This document shows positions 12,404-27,700 of a stretch of 64,000 nucleotides of DNA, piece by piece. The notes under the pieces are model-generated. The model did no database searches, was not told where the DNA came from, and saw only the letters and a list, made by a program, of their open reading frames with translations. Positions within the stretch are counted from its first letter, which is position 1, and every line of letters begins with the position of its first letter. Both the position numbers and the translations under genes were made by a program. The stretch comes from Macrostomum lignano (taxonomy: Eukaryota): positions 159,564 through 223,563 of the forward strand of contig NIVC01001901.1 in NCBI GenBank assembly GCA_002269645.1. Reading direction: 5' to 3'.

Positions 12404-12740
12404 CCATAGATTAGCAATCCAGTATTCTAATCGTATCTGTAGACCATAGATTAGCAATCCAATATTCTAATCGTATCTCTAGACCATAGATTAGCAATCC
12501 AATATTCTAATCGTATCTCTAGACCATAGATTAGCAATCCAATATTCTAATCGTATCTCTAGACCATAGATTAGCAATCCAATATTCTAATCGTATCTCT
12601 AGACCATAGATTAGCAATCCAATATTCTAATCGTATTTCTAGACCATAGATTAGCAATCCAATATTCTAATCGTATCTCTAGACCATAGATTAGCAATCC
12701 AATATTCTAATCGTATCTGTAGACCATAGATTAGCAATCC
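12404..12740. repeat. 40-bp minisatellite, about 8 copies, abutting the satellite
   Basis: Unit CCATAGATTAGCAATCCAATATTCTAATCGTATCTCTAGA. Confidence 0.95.
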
Positions 12741-15700
12741 ATTCTATTCCTTCATCCGTGATGGCTATAGATTAGCAATCCATTTTATTCCTAGCCTCCA
12801 TGTAATAATGGAAGCCTCCATTGGCCTCCATTACGTACATGCTCGAGCGATTAGCACATCCATTCTATTCCTTCATCCGTGATGGCTATAGATTAGCAAT
12901 CCATTTTATTCCTAGCCTCCATGTAATAATGGAAGCCTCCATTGGCCTCCATTACGTACATGCTCGAGCGATTGCACATCCATTCTATTCCTTCATCCGT
13001 GATGGCTATAGATTAGCAATCCATTTTATTCCTAGCCTCCATGTAATAATGGAAGCCTCCATTGGCCTCCATTACGTACATGCTCGAGCGATTAGCACAT
13101 CCATTCTATTCCTTCATCCGTGATGGCTATAGATTAGCAATCCATTTTATTCCTAGCCTCCATGTAATAATGGAAGCCTCCATTGGCCTCCATTACGTAC
13201 ATGCTCGAGCGATTAGCACATCCATTCTATTCCTTCATCCGTGATGGCTATAGATTAGCAATCCATTTTATTCCTAGCCTCCATGTAATAATGGAAGCCT
13301 CCATTGGCCTCCATTACGTACATGCTCGAGCGATTAGCACATCCATTCTATTCCTTCATCCGTGATGGCTATAGATTAGCAATCCATTTTATTCCTAGCC
13401 TCCATGTAATAATGGAAGCCTCCATTGGCCTCCATTACGTACATGCTCGAGCGATTAGCACATCCATTCTATTCCTTCATCCGTGATGGCTATAGATTAG
13501 CAATCCATTTTATTCCTAGCCTCCATGTAATAATGGAAGCCTCCATTGGCCTCCATTACGTACATGCTCGAGCGATTGCACATCCATTCTATTCCTTCAT
13601 CCGTGATGGCTATAGATTAGCAATCCATTTTATTCCTAGCCTCCATGTAATAATGGAAGCCTCCATTGGCCTCCATTACGTACATGCTCGAGCGATTAGC
13701 ACATCCATTCTATTCCTTCATCCGTGATGGCTATAGATTAGCAATCCATTTTATTCCTAGCCTCCATGTAATAATGGAAGCCTCCATTGGCCTCCATTAC
13801 GTACATGCTCGAGCGATTAGCACATCCATTCTATTCCTTCATCCGTGATGGCTATAGATTAGCAATCCATTTTATTCCTAGCCTCCATGTAATAATGGAA
13901 GCCTCCATTGGCCTCCATTACGTACATGCTCGAGCGATTAGCACATCCATTCTATTCCTTCATCCGTGATGGCTATAGATTAGCAATCCATTTTATTCCT
14001 AGCCTCCATGTAATAATGGAAGCCTCCATTGGCCTCCATTACGTACATGCTCGAGCGATTAGCACATCCATTCTATTCCTTCATCCGTGATGGCTATAGA
14101 TTAGCAATCCATTTTATTCCTAGCCTCCATGTAATAATGGAAGCCTCCATTGGCCTCCATTACGTACATGCTCGAGCGATTAGCACATCCATTCTATTCC
14201 TTCATCCGTGATGGCTATAGATTAGCAATCCATTTTATTCCTAGCCTCCATGTAATAATGGAAGCCTCCATTGGCCTCCATTACGTACATGCTCGAGCGA
14301 TTAGCACATCCATTCTATTCCTTCATCCGTGATGGCTATAGATTAGCAATCCATTTTATTCCTAGCCTCCATGTAATAATGGAAGCCTCCATTGGCCTCC
14401 ATTACGTACATGCTCGAGCGATTAGCACATCCATTCTATTCCTTCATCCGTGATGGCTATAGATTAGCAATCCATTTTATTCCTAGCCTCCATGTAATAA
14501 TGGAAGCCTCCATTGGCCTCCATTACGTACATGCTCGAGCGATTAGCACATCCATTCTATTCCTTCATCCGTGATGGCTATAGATTAGCAATCCATTTTA
14601 TTCCTAGCCTCCATGTAATAATGGAAGCCTCCATTGGCCTCCATTACGTACATGCTCGAGCGATTAGCACATCCATTCTATTCCTTCATCCGTGATGGCT
14701 ATAGATTAGCAATCCATTTTATTCCTAGCCTCCATGTAATAATGGAAGCCTCCATTGGCCTCCATTACGTACATGCTCGAGCGATTAGCACATCCATTCT
14801 ATTCCTTCATCCGTGATGGCTATAGATTAGCAATCCATTTTATTCCTAGCCTCCATGTAATAATGGAAGCCTCCATTGGCCTCCATTACGTACATGCTCG
14901 AGCGATTAGCACATCCATTCTATTCCTTCATCCGTGATGGCTATAGATTAGCAATCCATTTTATTCCTAGCCTCCATGTAATAATGGAAGCCTCCATTGG
15001 CCTCCATTACGTACATGCTCGAGCGATTAGCACATCCATTCTATTCCTTCATCCGTGATGGCTATAGATTAGCAATCCATTTTATTCCTAGCCTCCATGT
15101 AATAATGGAAGCCTCCATTGGCCTCCATTACGTACATGCTCGAGCGATTAGCACATCCATTCTATTCCTTCATCCGTGATGGCTATAGATTAGCAATCCA
15201 TTTTATTCCTAGCCTCCATGTAATAATGGAAGCCTCCATTGGCCTCCATTACGTACATGCTCGAGCGATTAGCACATCCATTCTATTCCTTCATCCGTGA
15301 TGGCTATAGATTAGCAATCCATTTTATTCCTAGCCTCCATGTAATAATGGAAGCCTCCATTGGCCTCCATTACGTACATGCTCGAGCGATTAGCACATCC
15401 ATTCTATTCCTTCATCCGTGATGGCTATAGATTAGCAATCCATTTTATTCCTAGCCTCCATGTAATAATGGAAGCCTCCATTGGCCTCCATTACGTACAT
15501 GCTCGAGCGATTAGCACATCCATTCTATTCCTTCATCCGTGATGGCTATAGATTAGCAATCCATTTTATTCCTAGCCTCCATGTAATAATGGAAGCCTCC
15601 ATTGGCCTCCATTACGTACATGCTCGAGCGATTAGCACATCCATTCTATTCCTTCATCCGTGATGGCTATAGATTAGCAATCCATTTTATTCCTAGCCTC

Positions 15701-18700
15701 CATGTAATAATGGAAGCCTCCATTGGCCTCCATTACGTACATGCTCGAGCGATTAGCACATCCATTCTATTCCTTCATCCGTGATGGCTATAGATTAGCA
15801 ATCCATTTTATTCCTAGCCTCCATGTAATAATGGAAGCCTCCATTGGCCTCCATTACGTACATGCTCGAGCGATTAGCACATCCATTCTATTCCTTCATC
15901 CGTGATGGCTATAGATTAGCAATCCATTTTATTCCTAGCCTCCATGTAATAATGGAAGCCTCCATTGGCCTCCATTACGTACATGCTCGAGCGATTAGCA
16001 CATCCATTCTATTCCTTCATCCGTGATGGCTATAGATTAGCAATCCATTTTATTCCTAGCCTCCATGTAATAATGGAAGCCTCCATTGGCCTCCATTACG
16101 TACATGCTCGAGCGATTAGCACATCCATTCTATTCCTTCATCCGTGATGGCTATAGATTAGCAATCCATTTTATTCCTAGCCTCCATGTAATAATGGAAG
16201 CCTCCATTGGCCTCCATTACGTACATGCTCGAGCGATTAGCACATCCATTCTATTCCTTCATCCGTGATGGCTATAGATTAGCAATCCATTTTATTCCTA
16301 GCCTCCATGTAATAATGGAAGCCTCCATTGGCCTCCATTACGTACATGCTCGAGCGATTGCACATCCATTCTATTCCTTCATCCGTGATGGCTATAGATT
16401 AGCAATCCATTTTATTCCTAGCCTCCATGTAATAATGGAAGCCTCCATTGGCCTCCATTACGTACATGCTCGAGCGATTAGCACATCCATTCTATTCCTT
16501 CATCCGTGATGGCTATAGATTAGCAATCCATTTTATTCCTAGCCTCCATGTAATAATGGAAGCCTCCATTGGCCTCCATTACGTACATGCTCGAGCGATT
16601 AGCACATCCATTCTATTCCTTCATCCGTGATGGCTATAGATTAGCAATCCATTTTATTCCTAGCCTCCATGTAATAATGGAAGCCTCCATTGGCCTCCAT
16701 TACGTACATGCTCGAGCGATTAGCACATCCATTCTATTCCTTCATCCGTGATGGCTATAGATTAGCAATCCATTTTATTCCTAGCCTCCATGTAATAATG
16801 GAAGCCTCCATTGGCCTCCATTACGTACATGCTCGAGCGATTAGCACATCCATTCTATTCCTTCATCCGTGATGGCTATAGATTAGCAATCCATTTTATT
16901 CCTAGCCTCCATGTAATAATGGAAGCCTCCATTGGCCTCCATTACGTACATGCTCGAGCGATTAGCACATCCATTCTATTCCTTCATCCGTGATGGCTAT
17001 AGATTAGCAATCCATTTTATTCCTAGCCTCCATGTAATAATGGAAGCCTCCATTGGCCTCCATTACGTACATGCTCGAGCGATTAGCACATCCATTCTAT
17101 TCCTTCATCCGTGATGGCTATAGATTAGCAATCCATTTTATTCCTAGCCTCCATGTAATAATGGAAGCCTCCATTGGCCTCCATTACGTACATGCTCGAG
17201 CGATTAGCACATCCATTCTATTCCTTCATCCGTGATGGCTATAGATTAGCAATCCATTTTATTCCTAGCCTCCATGTAATAATGGAAGCCTCCATTGGCC
17301 TCCATTACGTACATGCTCGAGCGATTAGCACATCCATTCTATTCCTTCATCCGTGATGGCTATAGATTAGCAATCCATTTTATTCCTAGCCTCCATGTAA
17401 TAATGGAAGCCTCCATTGGCCTCCATTACGTACATGCTCGAGCGATTAGCACATCCATTCTATTCCTTCATCCGTGATGGCTATAGATTAGCAATCCATT
17501 TTATTCCTAGCCTCCATGTAATAATGGAAGCCTCCATTGGCCTCCATTACGTACATGCTCGAGCGATTAGCACATCCATTCTATTCCTTCATCCGTGATG
17601 GCTATAGATTAGCAATCCATTTTATTCCTAGCCTCCATGTAATAATGGAAGCCTCCATTGGCCTCCATTACGTACATGCTCGAGCGATTAGCACATCCAT
17701 TCTATTCCTTCATCCGTGATGGCTATAGATTAGCAATCCATTTTATTCCTAGCCTCCATGTAATAATGGAAGCCTCCATTGGCCTCCATTACGTACATGC
17801 TCGAGCGATTAGCACATCCATTCTATTCCTTCATCCGTGATGGCTATAGATTAGCAATCCATTTTATTCCTAGCCTCCATGTAATAATGGAAGCCTCCAT
17901 TGGCCTCCATTACGTACATGCTCGAGCGATTAGCACATCCATTCTATTCCTTCATCCGTGATGGCTATAGATTAGCAATCCATTTTATTCCTAGCCTCCA
18001 TGTAATAATGGAAGCCTCCATTGGCCTCCATTACGTACATGCTCGAGCGATTAGCACATCCATTCTATTCCTTCATCCGTGATGGCTATAGATTAGCAAT
18101 CCATTTTATTCCTAGCCTCCATGTAATAATGGAAGCCTCCATTGGCCTCCATTACGTACATGCTCGAGCGATTAGCACATCCATTCTATTCCTTCATCCG
18201 TGATGGCTATAGATTAGCAATCCATTTTATTCCTAGCCTCCATGTAATAATGGAAGCCTCCATTGGCCTCCATTACGTACATGCTCGAGCGATTAGCACA
18301 TCCATTCTATTCCTTCATCCGTGATGGCTATAGATTAGCAATCCATTTTATTCCTAGCCTCCATGTAATAATGGAAGCCTCCATTGGCCTCCATTACGTA
18401 CATGCTCGAGCGATTAGCACATCCATTCTATTCCTTCATCCGTGATGGCTATAGATTAGCAATCCATTTTATTCCTAGCCTCCATGTAATAATGGAAGCC
18501 TCCATTGGCCTCCATTACGTACATGCTCGAGCGATTAGCACATCCATTCTATTCCTTCATCCGTGATGGCTATAGATTAGCAATCCATTTTATTCCTAGC
18601 CTCCATGTAATAATGGAAGCCTCCATTGGCCTCCATTACGTACATGCTCGAGCGATTAGCACATCCATTCTATTCCTTCATCCGTGATGGCTATAGATTA

Positions 18701-21700
18701 GCAATCCATTTTATTCCTAGCCTCCATGTAATAATGGAAGCCTCCATTGGCCTCCATTACGTACATGCTCGAGCGATTAGCACATCCATTCTATTCCTTC
18801 ATCCGTGATGGCTATAGATTAGCAATCCATTTTATTCCTAGCCTCCATGTAATAATGGAAGCCTCCATTGGCCTCCATTACGTACATGCTCGAGCGATTA
18901 GCACATCCATTCTATTCCTTCATCCGTGATGGCTATAGATTAGCAATCCATTTTATTCCTAGCCTCCATGTAATAATGGAAGCCTCCATTGGCCTCCATT
19001 ACGTACATGCTCGAGCGATTAGCACATCCATTCTATTCCTTCATCCGTGATGGCTATAGATTAGCAATCCATTTTATTCCTAGCCTCCATGTAATAATGG
19101 AAGCCTCCATTGGCCTCCATTACGTACATGCTCGAGCGATTAGCACATCCATTCTATTCCTTCATCCGTGATGGCTATAGATTAGCAATCCATTTTATTC
19201 CTAGCCTCCATGTAATAATGGAAGCCTCCATTGGCCTCCATTACGTACATGCTCGAGCGATTAGCACATCCATTCTATTCCTTCATCCGTGATGGCTATA
19301 GATTAGCAATCCATTTTATTCCTAGCCTCCATGTAATAATGGAAGCCTCCATTGGCCTCCATTACGTACATGCTCGAGCGATTAGCACATCCATTCTATT
19401 CCTTCATCCGTGATGGCTATAGATTAGCAATCCATTTTATTCCTAGCCTCCATGTAATAATGGAAGCCTCCATTGGCCTCCATTACGTACATGCTCGAGC
19501 GATTAGCACATCCATTCTATTCCTTCATCCGTGATGGCTATAGATTAGCAATCCATTTTATTCCTAGCCTCCATGTAATAATGGAAGCCTCCATTGGCCT
19601 CCATTACGTACATGCTCGAGCGATTAGCACATCCATTCTATTCCTTCATCCGTGATGGCTATAGATTAGCAATCCATTTTATTCCTAGCCTCCATGTAAT
19701 AATGGAAGCCTCCATTGGCCTCCATTACGTACATGCTCGAGCGATTAGCACATCCATTCTATTCCTTCATCCGTGATGGCTATAGATTAGCAATCCATTT
19801 TATTCCTAGCCTCCATGTAATAATGGAAGCCTCCATTGGCCTCCATTACGTACATGCTCGAGCGATTAGCACATCCATTCTATTCCTTCATCCGTGATGG
19901 CTATAGATTAGCAATCCATTTTATTCCTAGCCTCCATGTAATAATGGAAGCCTCCATTGGCCTCCATTACGTACATGCTCGAGCGATTAGCACATCCATT
20001 CTATTCCTTCATCCGTGATGGCTATAGATTAGCAATCCATTTTATTCCTAGCCTCCATGTAATAATGGAAGCCTCCATTGGCCTCCATTACGTACATGCT
20101 CGAGCGATTAGCACATCCATTCTATTCCTTCATCCGTGATGGCTATAGATTAGCAATCCATTTTATTCCTAGCCTCCATGTAATAATGGAAGCCTCCATT
20201 GGCCTCCATTACGTACATGCTCGAGCGATTAGCACATCCATTCTATTCCTTCATCCGTGATGGCTATAGATTAGCAATCCATTTTATTCCTAGCCTCCAT
20301 GTAATAATGGAAGCCTCCATTGGCCTCCATTACGTACATGCTCGAGCGATTAGCACATCCATTCTATTCCTTCATCCGTGATGGCTATAGATTAGCAATC
20401 CATTTTATTCCTAGCCTCCATGTAATAATGGAAGCCTCCATTGGCCTCCATTACGTACATGCTCGAGCGATTAGCACATCCATTCTATTCCTTCATCCGT
20501 GATGGCTATAGATTAGCAATCCATTTTATTCCTAGCCTCCATGTAATAATGGAAGCCTCCATTGGCCTCCATTACGTACATGCTCGAGCGATTAGCACAT
20601 CCATTCTATTCCTTCATCCGTGATGGCTATAGATTAGCAATCCATTTTATTCCTAGCCTCCATGTAATAATGGAAGCCTCCATTGGCCTCCATTACGTAC
20701 ATGCTCGAGCGATTAGCACATCCATTCTATTCCTTCATCCGTGATGGCTATAGATTAGCAATCCATTTTATTCCTAGCCTCCATGTAATAATGGAAGCCT
20801 CCATTGGCCTCCATTACGTACATGCTCGAGCGATTAGCACATCCATTCTATTCCTTCATCCGTGATGGCTATAGATTAGCAATCCATTTTATTCCTAGCC
20901 TCCATGTAATAATGGAAGCCTCCATTGGCCTCCATTACGTACATGCTCGAGCGATTAGCACATCCATTCTATTCCTTCATCCGTGATGGCTATAGATTAG
21001 CAATCCATTTTATTCCTAGCCTCCATGTAATAATGGAAGCCTCCATTGGCCTCCATTACGTACATGCTCGAGCGATTAGCACATCCATTCTATTCCTTCA
21101 TCCGTGATGGCTATAGATTAGCAATCCATTTTATTCCTAGCCTCCATGTAATAATGGAAGCCTCCATTGGCCTCCATTACGTACATGCTCGAGCGATTAG
21201 CACATCCATTCTATTCCTTCATCCGTGATGGCTATAGATTAGCAATCCATTTTATTCCTAGCCTCCATGTAATAATGGAAGCCTCCATTGGCCTCCATTA
21301 CGTACATGCTCGAGCGATTAGCACATCCATTCTATTCCTTCATCCGTGATGGCTATAGATTAGCAATCCATTTTATTCCTAGCCTCCATGTAATAATGGA
21401 AGCCTCCATTGGCCTCCATTACGTACATGCTCGAGCGATTAGCACATCCATTCTATTCCTTCATCCGTGATGGCTATAGATTAGCAATCCATTTTATTCC
21501 TAGCCTCCATGTAATAATGGAAGCCTCCATTGGCCTCCATTACGTACATGCTCGAGCGATTAGCACATCCATTCTATTCCTTCATCCGTGATGGCTATAG
21601 ATTAGCAATCCATTTTATTCCTAGCCTCCATGTAATAATGGAAGCCTCCATTGGCCTCCATTACGTACATGCTCGAGCGATTAGCACATCCATTCTATTC

Positions 21701-24700
21701 CTTCATCCGTGATGGCTATAGATTAGCAATCCATTTTATTCCTAGCCTCCATGTAATAATGGAAGCCTCCATTGGCCTCCATTACGTACATGCTCGAGCG
21801 ATTAGCACATCCATTCTATTCCTTCATCCGTGATGGCTATAGATTAGCAATCCATTTTATTCCTAGCCTCCATGTAATAATGGAAGCCTCCATTGGCCTC
21901 CATTACGTACATGCTCGAGCGATTAGCACATCCATTCTATTCCTTCATCCGTGATGGCTATAGATTAGCAATCCATTTTATTCCTAGCCTCCATGTAATA
22001 ATGGAAGCCTCCATTGGCCTCCATTACGTACATGCTCGAGCGATTAGCACATCCATTCTATTCCTTCATCCGTGATGGCTATAGATTAGCAATCCATTTT
22101 ATTCCTAGCCTCCATGTAATAATGGAAGCCTCCATTGGCCTCCATTACGTACATGCTCGAGCGATTAGCACATCCATTCTATTCCTTCATCCGTGATGGC
22201 TATAGATTAGCAATCCATTTTATTCCTAGCCTCCATGTAATAATGGAAGCCTCCATTGGCCTCCATTACGTACATGCTCGAGCGATTAGCACATCCATTC
22301 TATTCCTTCATCCGTGATGGCTATAGATTAGCAATCCATTTTATTCCTAGCCTCCATGTAATAATGGAAGCCTCCATTGGCCTCCATTACGTACATGCTC
22401 GAGCGATTAGCACATCCATTCTATTCCTTCATCCGTGATGGCTATAGATTAGCAATCCATTTTATTCCTAGCCTCCATGTAATAATGGAAGCCTCCATTG
22501 GCCTCCATTACGTACATGCTCGAGCGATTAGCACATCCATTCTATTCCTTCATCCGTGATGGCTATAGATTAGCAATCCATTTTATTCCTAGCCTCCATG
22601 TAATAATGGAAGCCTCCATTGGCCTCCATTACGTACATGCTCGAGCGATTAGCACATCCATTCTATTCCTTCATCCGTGATGGCTATAGATTAGCAATCC
22701 ATTTTATTCCTAGCCTCCATGTAATAATGGAAGCCTCCATTGGCCTCCATTACGTACATGCTCGAGCGATTAGCACATCCATTCTATTCCTTCATCCGTG
22801 ATGGCTATAGATTAGCAATCCATTTTATTCCTAGCCTCCATGTAATAATGGAAGCCTCCATTGGCCTCCATTACGTACATGCTCGAGCGATTAGCACATC
22901 CATTCTATTCCTTCATCCGTGATGGCTATAGATTAGCAATCCATTTTATTCCTAGCCTCCATGTAATAATGGAAGCCTCCATTGGCCTCCATTACGTACA
23001 TGCTCGAGCGATTAGCACATCCATTCTATTCCTTCATCCGTGATGGCTATAGATTAGCAATCCATTTTATTCCTAGCCTCCATGTAATAATGGAAGCCTC
23101 CATTGGCCTCCATTACGTACATGCTCGAGCGATTAGCACATCCATTCTATTCCTTCATCCGTGATGGCTATAGATTAGCAATCCATTTTATTCCTAGCCT
23201 CCATGTAATAATGGAAGCCTCCATTGGCCTCCATTACGTACATGCTCGAGCGATTAGCACATCCATTCTATTCCTTCATCCGTGATGGCTATAGATTAGC
23301 AATCCATTTTATTCCTAGCCTCCATGTAATAATGGAAGCCTCCATTGGCCTCCATTACGTACATGCTCGAGCGATTAGCACATCCATTCTATTCCTTCAT
23401 CCGTGATGGCTATAGATTAGCAATCCATTTTATTCCTAGCCTCCATGTAATAATGGAAGCCTCCATTGGCCTCCATTACGTACATGCTCGAGCGATTAGC
23501 ACATCCATTCTATTCCTTCATCCGTGATGGCTATAGATTAGCAATCCATTTTATTCCTAGCCTCCATGTAATAATGGAAGCCTCCATTGGCCTCCATTAC
23601 GTACATGCTCGAGCGATTAGCACATCCATTCTATTCCTTCATCCGTGATGGCTATAGATTAGCAATCCATTTTATTCCTAGCCTCCATGTAATAATGGAA
23701 GCCTCCATTGGCCTCCATTACGTACATGCTCGAGCGATTAGCACATCCATTCTATTCCTTCATCCGTGATGGCTATAGATTAGCAATCCATTTTATTCCT
23801 AGCCTCCATGTAATAATGGAAGCCTCCATTGGCCTCCATTACGTACATGCTCGAGCGATTAGCACATCCATTCTATTCCTTCATCCGTGATGGCTATAGA
23901 TTAGCAATCCATTTTATTCCTAGCCTCCATGTAATAATGGAAGCCTCCATTGGCCTCCATTACGTACATGCTCGAGCGATTAGCACATCCATTCTATTCC
24001 TTCATCCGTGATGGCTATAGATTAGCAATCCATTTTATTCCTAGCCTCCATGTAATAATGGAAGCCTCCATTGGCCTCCATTACGTACATGCTCGAGCGA
24101 TTAGCACATCCATTCTATTCCTTCATCCGTGATGGCTATAGATTAGCAATCCATTTTATTCCTAGCCTCCATGTAATAATGGAAGCCTCCATTGGCCTCC
24201 ATTACGTACATGCTCGAGCGATTAGCACATCCATTCTATTCCTTCATCCGTGATGGCTATAGATTAGCAATCCATTTTATTCCTAGCCTCCATGTAATAA
24301 TGGAAGCCTCCATTGGCCTCCATTACGTACATGCTCGAGCGATTAGCACATCCATTCTATTCCTTCATCCGTGATGGCTATAGATTAGCAATCCATTTTA
24401 TTCCTAGCCTCCATGTAATAATGGAAGCCTCCATTGGCCTCCATTACGTACATGCTCGAGCGATTAGCACATCCATTCTATTCCTTCATCCGTGATGGCT
24501 ATAGATTAGCAATCCATTTTATTCCTAGCCTCCATGTAATAATGGAAGCCTCCATTGGCCTCCATTACGTACATGCTCGAGCGATTAGCACATCCATTCT
24601 ATTCCTTCATCCGTGATGGCTATAGATTAGCAATCCATTTTATTCCTAGCCTCCATGTAATAATGGAAGCCTCCATTGGCCTCCATTACGTACATGCTCG

Positions 24701-27700
24701 AGCGATTAGCACATCCATTCTATTCCTTCATCCGTGATGGCTATAGATTAGCAATCCATTTTATTCCTAGCCTCCATGTAATAATGGAAGCCTCCATTGG
24801 CCTCCATTACGTACATGCTCGAGCGATTAGCACATCCATTCTATTCCTTCATCCGTGATGGCTATAGATTAGCAATCCATTTTATTCCTAGCCTCCATGT
24901 AATAATGGAAGCCTCCATTGGCCTCCATTACGTACATGCTCGAGCGATTAGCACATCCATTCTATTCCTTCATCCGTGATGGCTATAGATTAGCAATCCA
25001 TTTTATTCCTAGCCTCCATGTAATAATGGAAGCCTCCATTGGCCTCCATTACGTACATGCTCGAGCGATTAGCACATCCATTCTATTCCTTCATCCGTGA
25101 TGGCTATAGATTAGCAATCCATTTTATTCCTAGCCTCCATGTAATAATGGAAGCCTCCATTGGCCTCCATTACGTACATGCTCGAGCGATTAGCACATCC
25201 ATTCTATTCCTTCATCCGTGATGGCTATAGATTAGCAATCCATTTTATTCCTAGCCTCCATGTAATAATGGAAGCCTCCATTGGCCTCCATTACGTACAT
25301 GCTCGAGCGATTAGCACATCCATTCTATTCCTTCATCCGTGATGGCTATAGATTAGCAATCCATTTTATTCCTAGCCTCCATGTAATAATGGAAGCCTCC
25401 ATTGGCCTCCATTACGTACATGCTCGAGCGATTAGCACATCCATTCTATTCCTTCATCCGTGATGGCTATAGATTAGCAATCCATTTTATTCCTAGCCTC
25501 CATGTAATAATGGAAGCCTCCATTGGCCTCCATTACGTACATGCTCGAGCGATTAGCACATCCATTCTATTCCTTCATCCGTGATGGCTATAGATTAGCA
25601 ATCCATTTTATTCCTAGCCTCCATGTAATAATGGAAGCCTCCATTGGCCTCCATTACGTACATGCTCGAGCGATTAGCACATCCATTCTATTCCTTCATC
25701 CGTGATGGCTATAGATTAGCAATCCATTTTATTCCTAGCCTCCATGTAATAATGGAAGCCTCCATTGGCCTCCATTACGTACATGCTCGAGCGATTAGCA
25801 CATCCATTCTATTCCTTCATCCGTGATGGCTATAGATTAGCAATCCATTTTATTCCTAGCCTCCATGTAATAATGGAAGCCTCCATTGGCCTCCATTACG
25901 TACATGCTCGAGCGATTAGCACATCCATTCTATTCCTTCATCCGTGATGGCTATAGATTAGCAATCCATTTTATTCCTAGCCTCCATGTAATAATGGAAG
26001 CCTCCATTGGCCTCCATTACGTACATGCTCGAGCGATTAGCACATCCATTCTATTCCTTCATCCGTGATGGCTATAGATTAGCAATCCATTTTATTCCTA
26101 GCCTCCATGTAATAATGGAAGCCTCCATTGGCCTCCATTACGTACATGCTCGAGCGATTAGCACATCCATTCTATTCCTTCATCCGTGATGGCTATAGAT
26201 TAGCAATCCATTTTATTCCTAGCCTCCATGTAATAATGGAAGCCTCCATTGGCCTCCATTACGTACATGCTCGAGCGATTAGCACATCCATTCTATTCCT
26301 TCATCCGTGATGGCTATAGATTAGCAATCCATTTTATTCCTAGCCTCCATGTAATAATGGAAGCCTCCATTGGCCTCCATTACGTACATGCTCGAGCGAT
26401 TAGCACATCCATTCTATTCCTTCATCCGTGATGGCTATAGATTAGCAATCCATTTTATTCCTAGCCTCCATGTAATAATGGAAGCCTCCATTGGCCTCCA
26501 TTACGTACATGCTCGAGCGATTAGCACATCCATTCTATTCCTTCATCCGTGATGGCTATAGATTAGCAATCCATTTTATTCCTAGCCTCCATGTAATAAT
26601 GGAAGCCTCCATTGGCCTCCATTACGTACATGCTCGAGCGATTAGCACATCCATTCTATTCCTTCATCCGTGATGGCTATAGATTAGCAATCCATTTTAT
26701 TCCTAGCCTCCATGTAATAATGGAAGCCTCCATTGGCCTCCATTACGTACATGCTCGAGCGATTAGCACATCCATTCTATTCCTTCATCCGTGATGGCTA
26801 TAGATTAGCAATCCATTTTATTCCTAGCCTCCATGTAATAATGGAAGCCTCCATTGGCCTCCATTACGTACATGCTCGAGCGATTAGCACATCCATTCTA
26901 TTCCTTCATCCGTGATGGCTATAGATTAGCAATCCATTTTATTCCTAGCCTCCATGTAATAATGGAAGCCTCCATTGGCCTCCATTACGTACATGCTCGA
27001 GCGATTAGCACATCCATTCTATTCCTTCATCCGTGATGGCTATAGATTAGCAATCCATTTTATTCCTAGCCTCCATGTAATAATGGAAGCCTCCATTGGC
27101 CTCCATTACGTACATGCTCGAGCGATTAGCACATCCATTCTATTCCTTCATCCGTGATGGCTATAGATTAGCAATCCATTTTATTCCTAGCCTCCATGTA
27201 ATAATGGAAGCCTCCATTGGCCTCCATTACGTACATGCTCGAGCGATTAGCACATCCATTCTATTCCTTCATCCGTGATGGCTATAGATTAGCAATCCAT
27301 TTTATTCCTAGCCTCCATGTAATAATGGAAGCCTCCATTGGCCTCCATTACGTACATGCTCGAGCGATTAGCACATCCATTCTATTCCTTCATCCGTGAT
27401 GGCTATAGATTAGCAATCCATTTTATTCCTAGCCTCCATGTAATAATGGAAGCCTCCATTGGCCTCCATTACGTACATGCTCGAGCGATTAGCACATCCA
27501 TTCTATTCCTTCATCCGTGATGGCTATAGATTAGCAATCCATTTTATTCCTAGCCTCCATGTAATAATGGAAGCCTCCATTGGCCTCCATTACGTACATG
27601 CTCGAGCGATTAGCACATCCATTCTATTCCTTCATCCGTGATGGCTATAGATTAGCAATCCATTTTATTCCTAGCCTCCATGTAATAATGGAAGCCTCCA

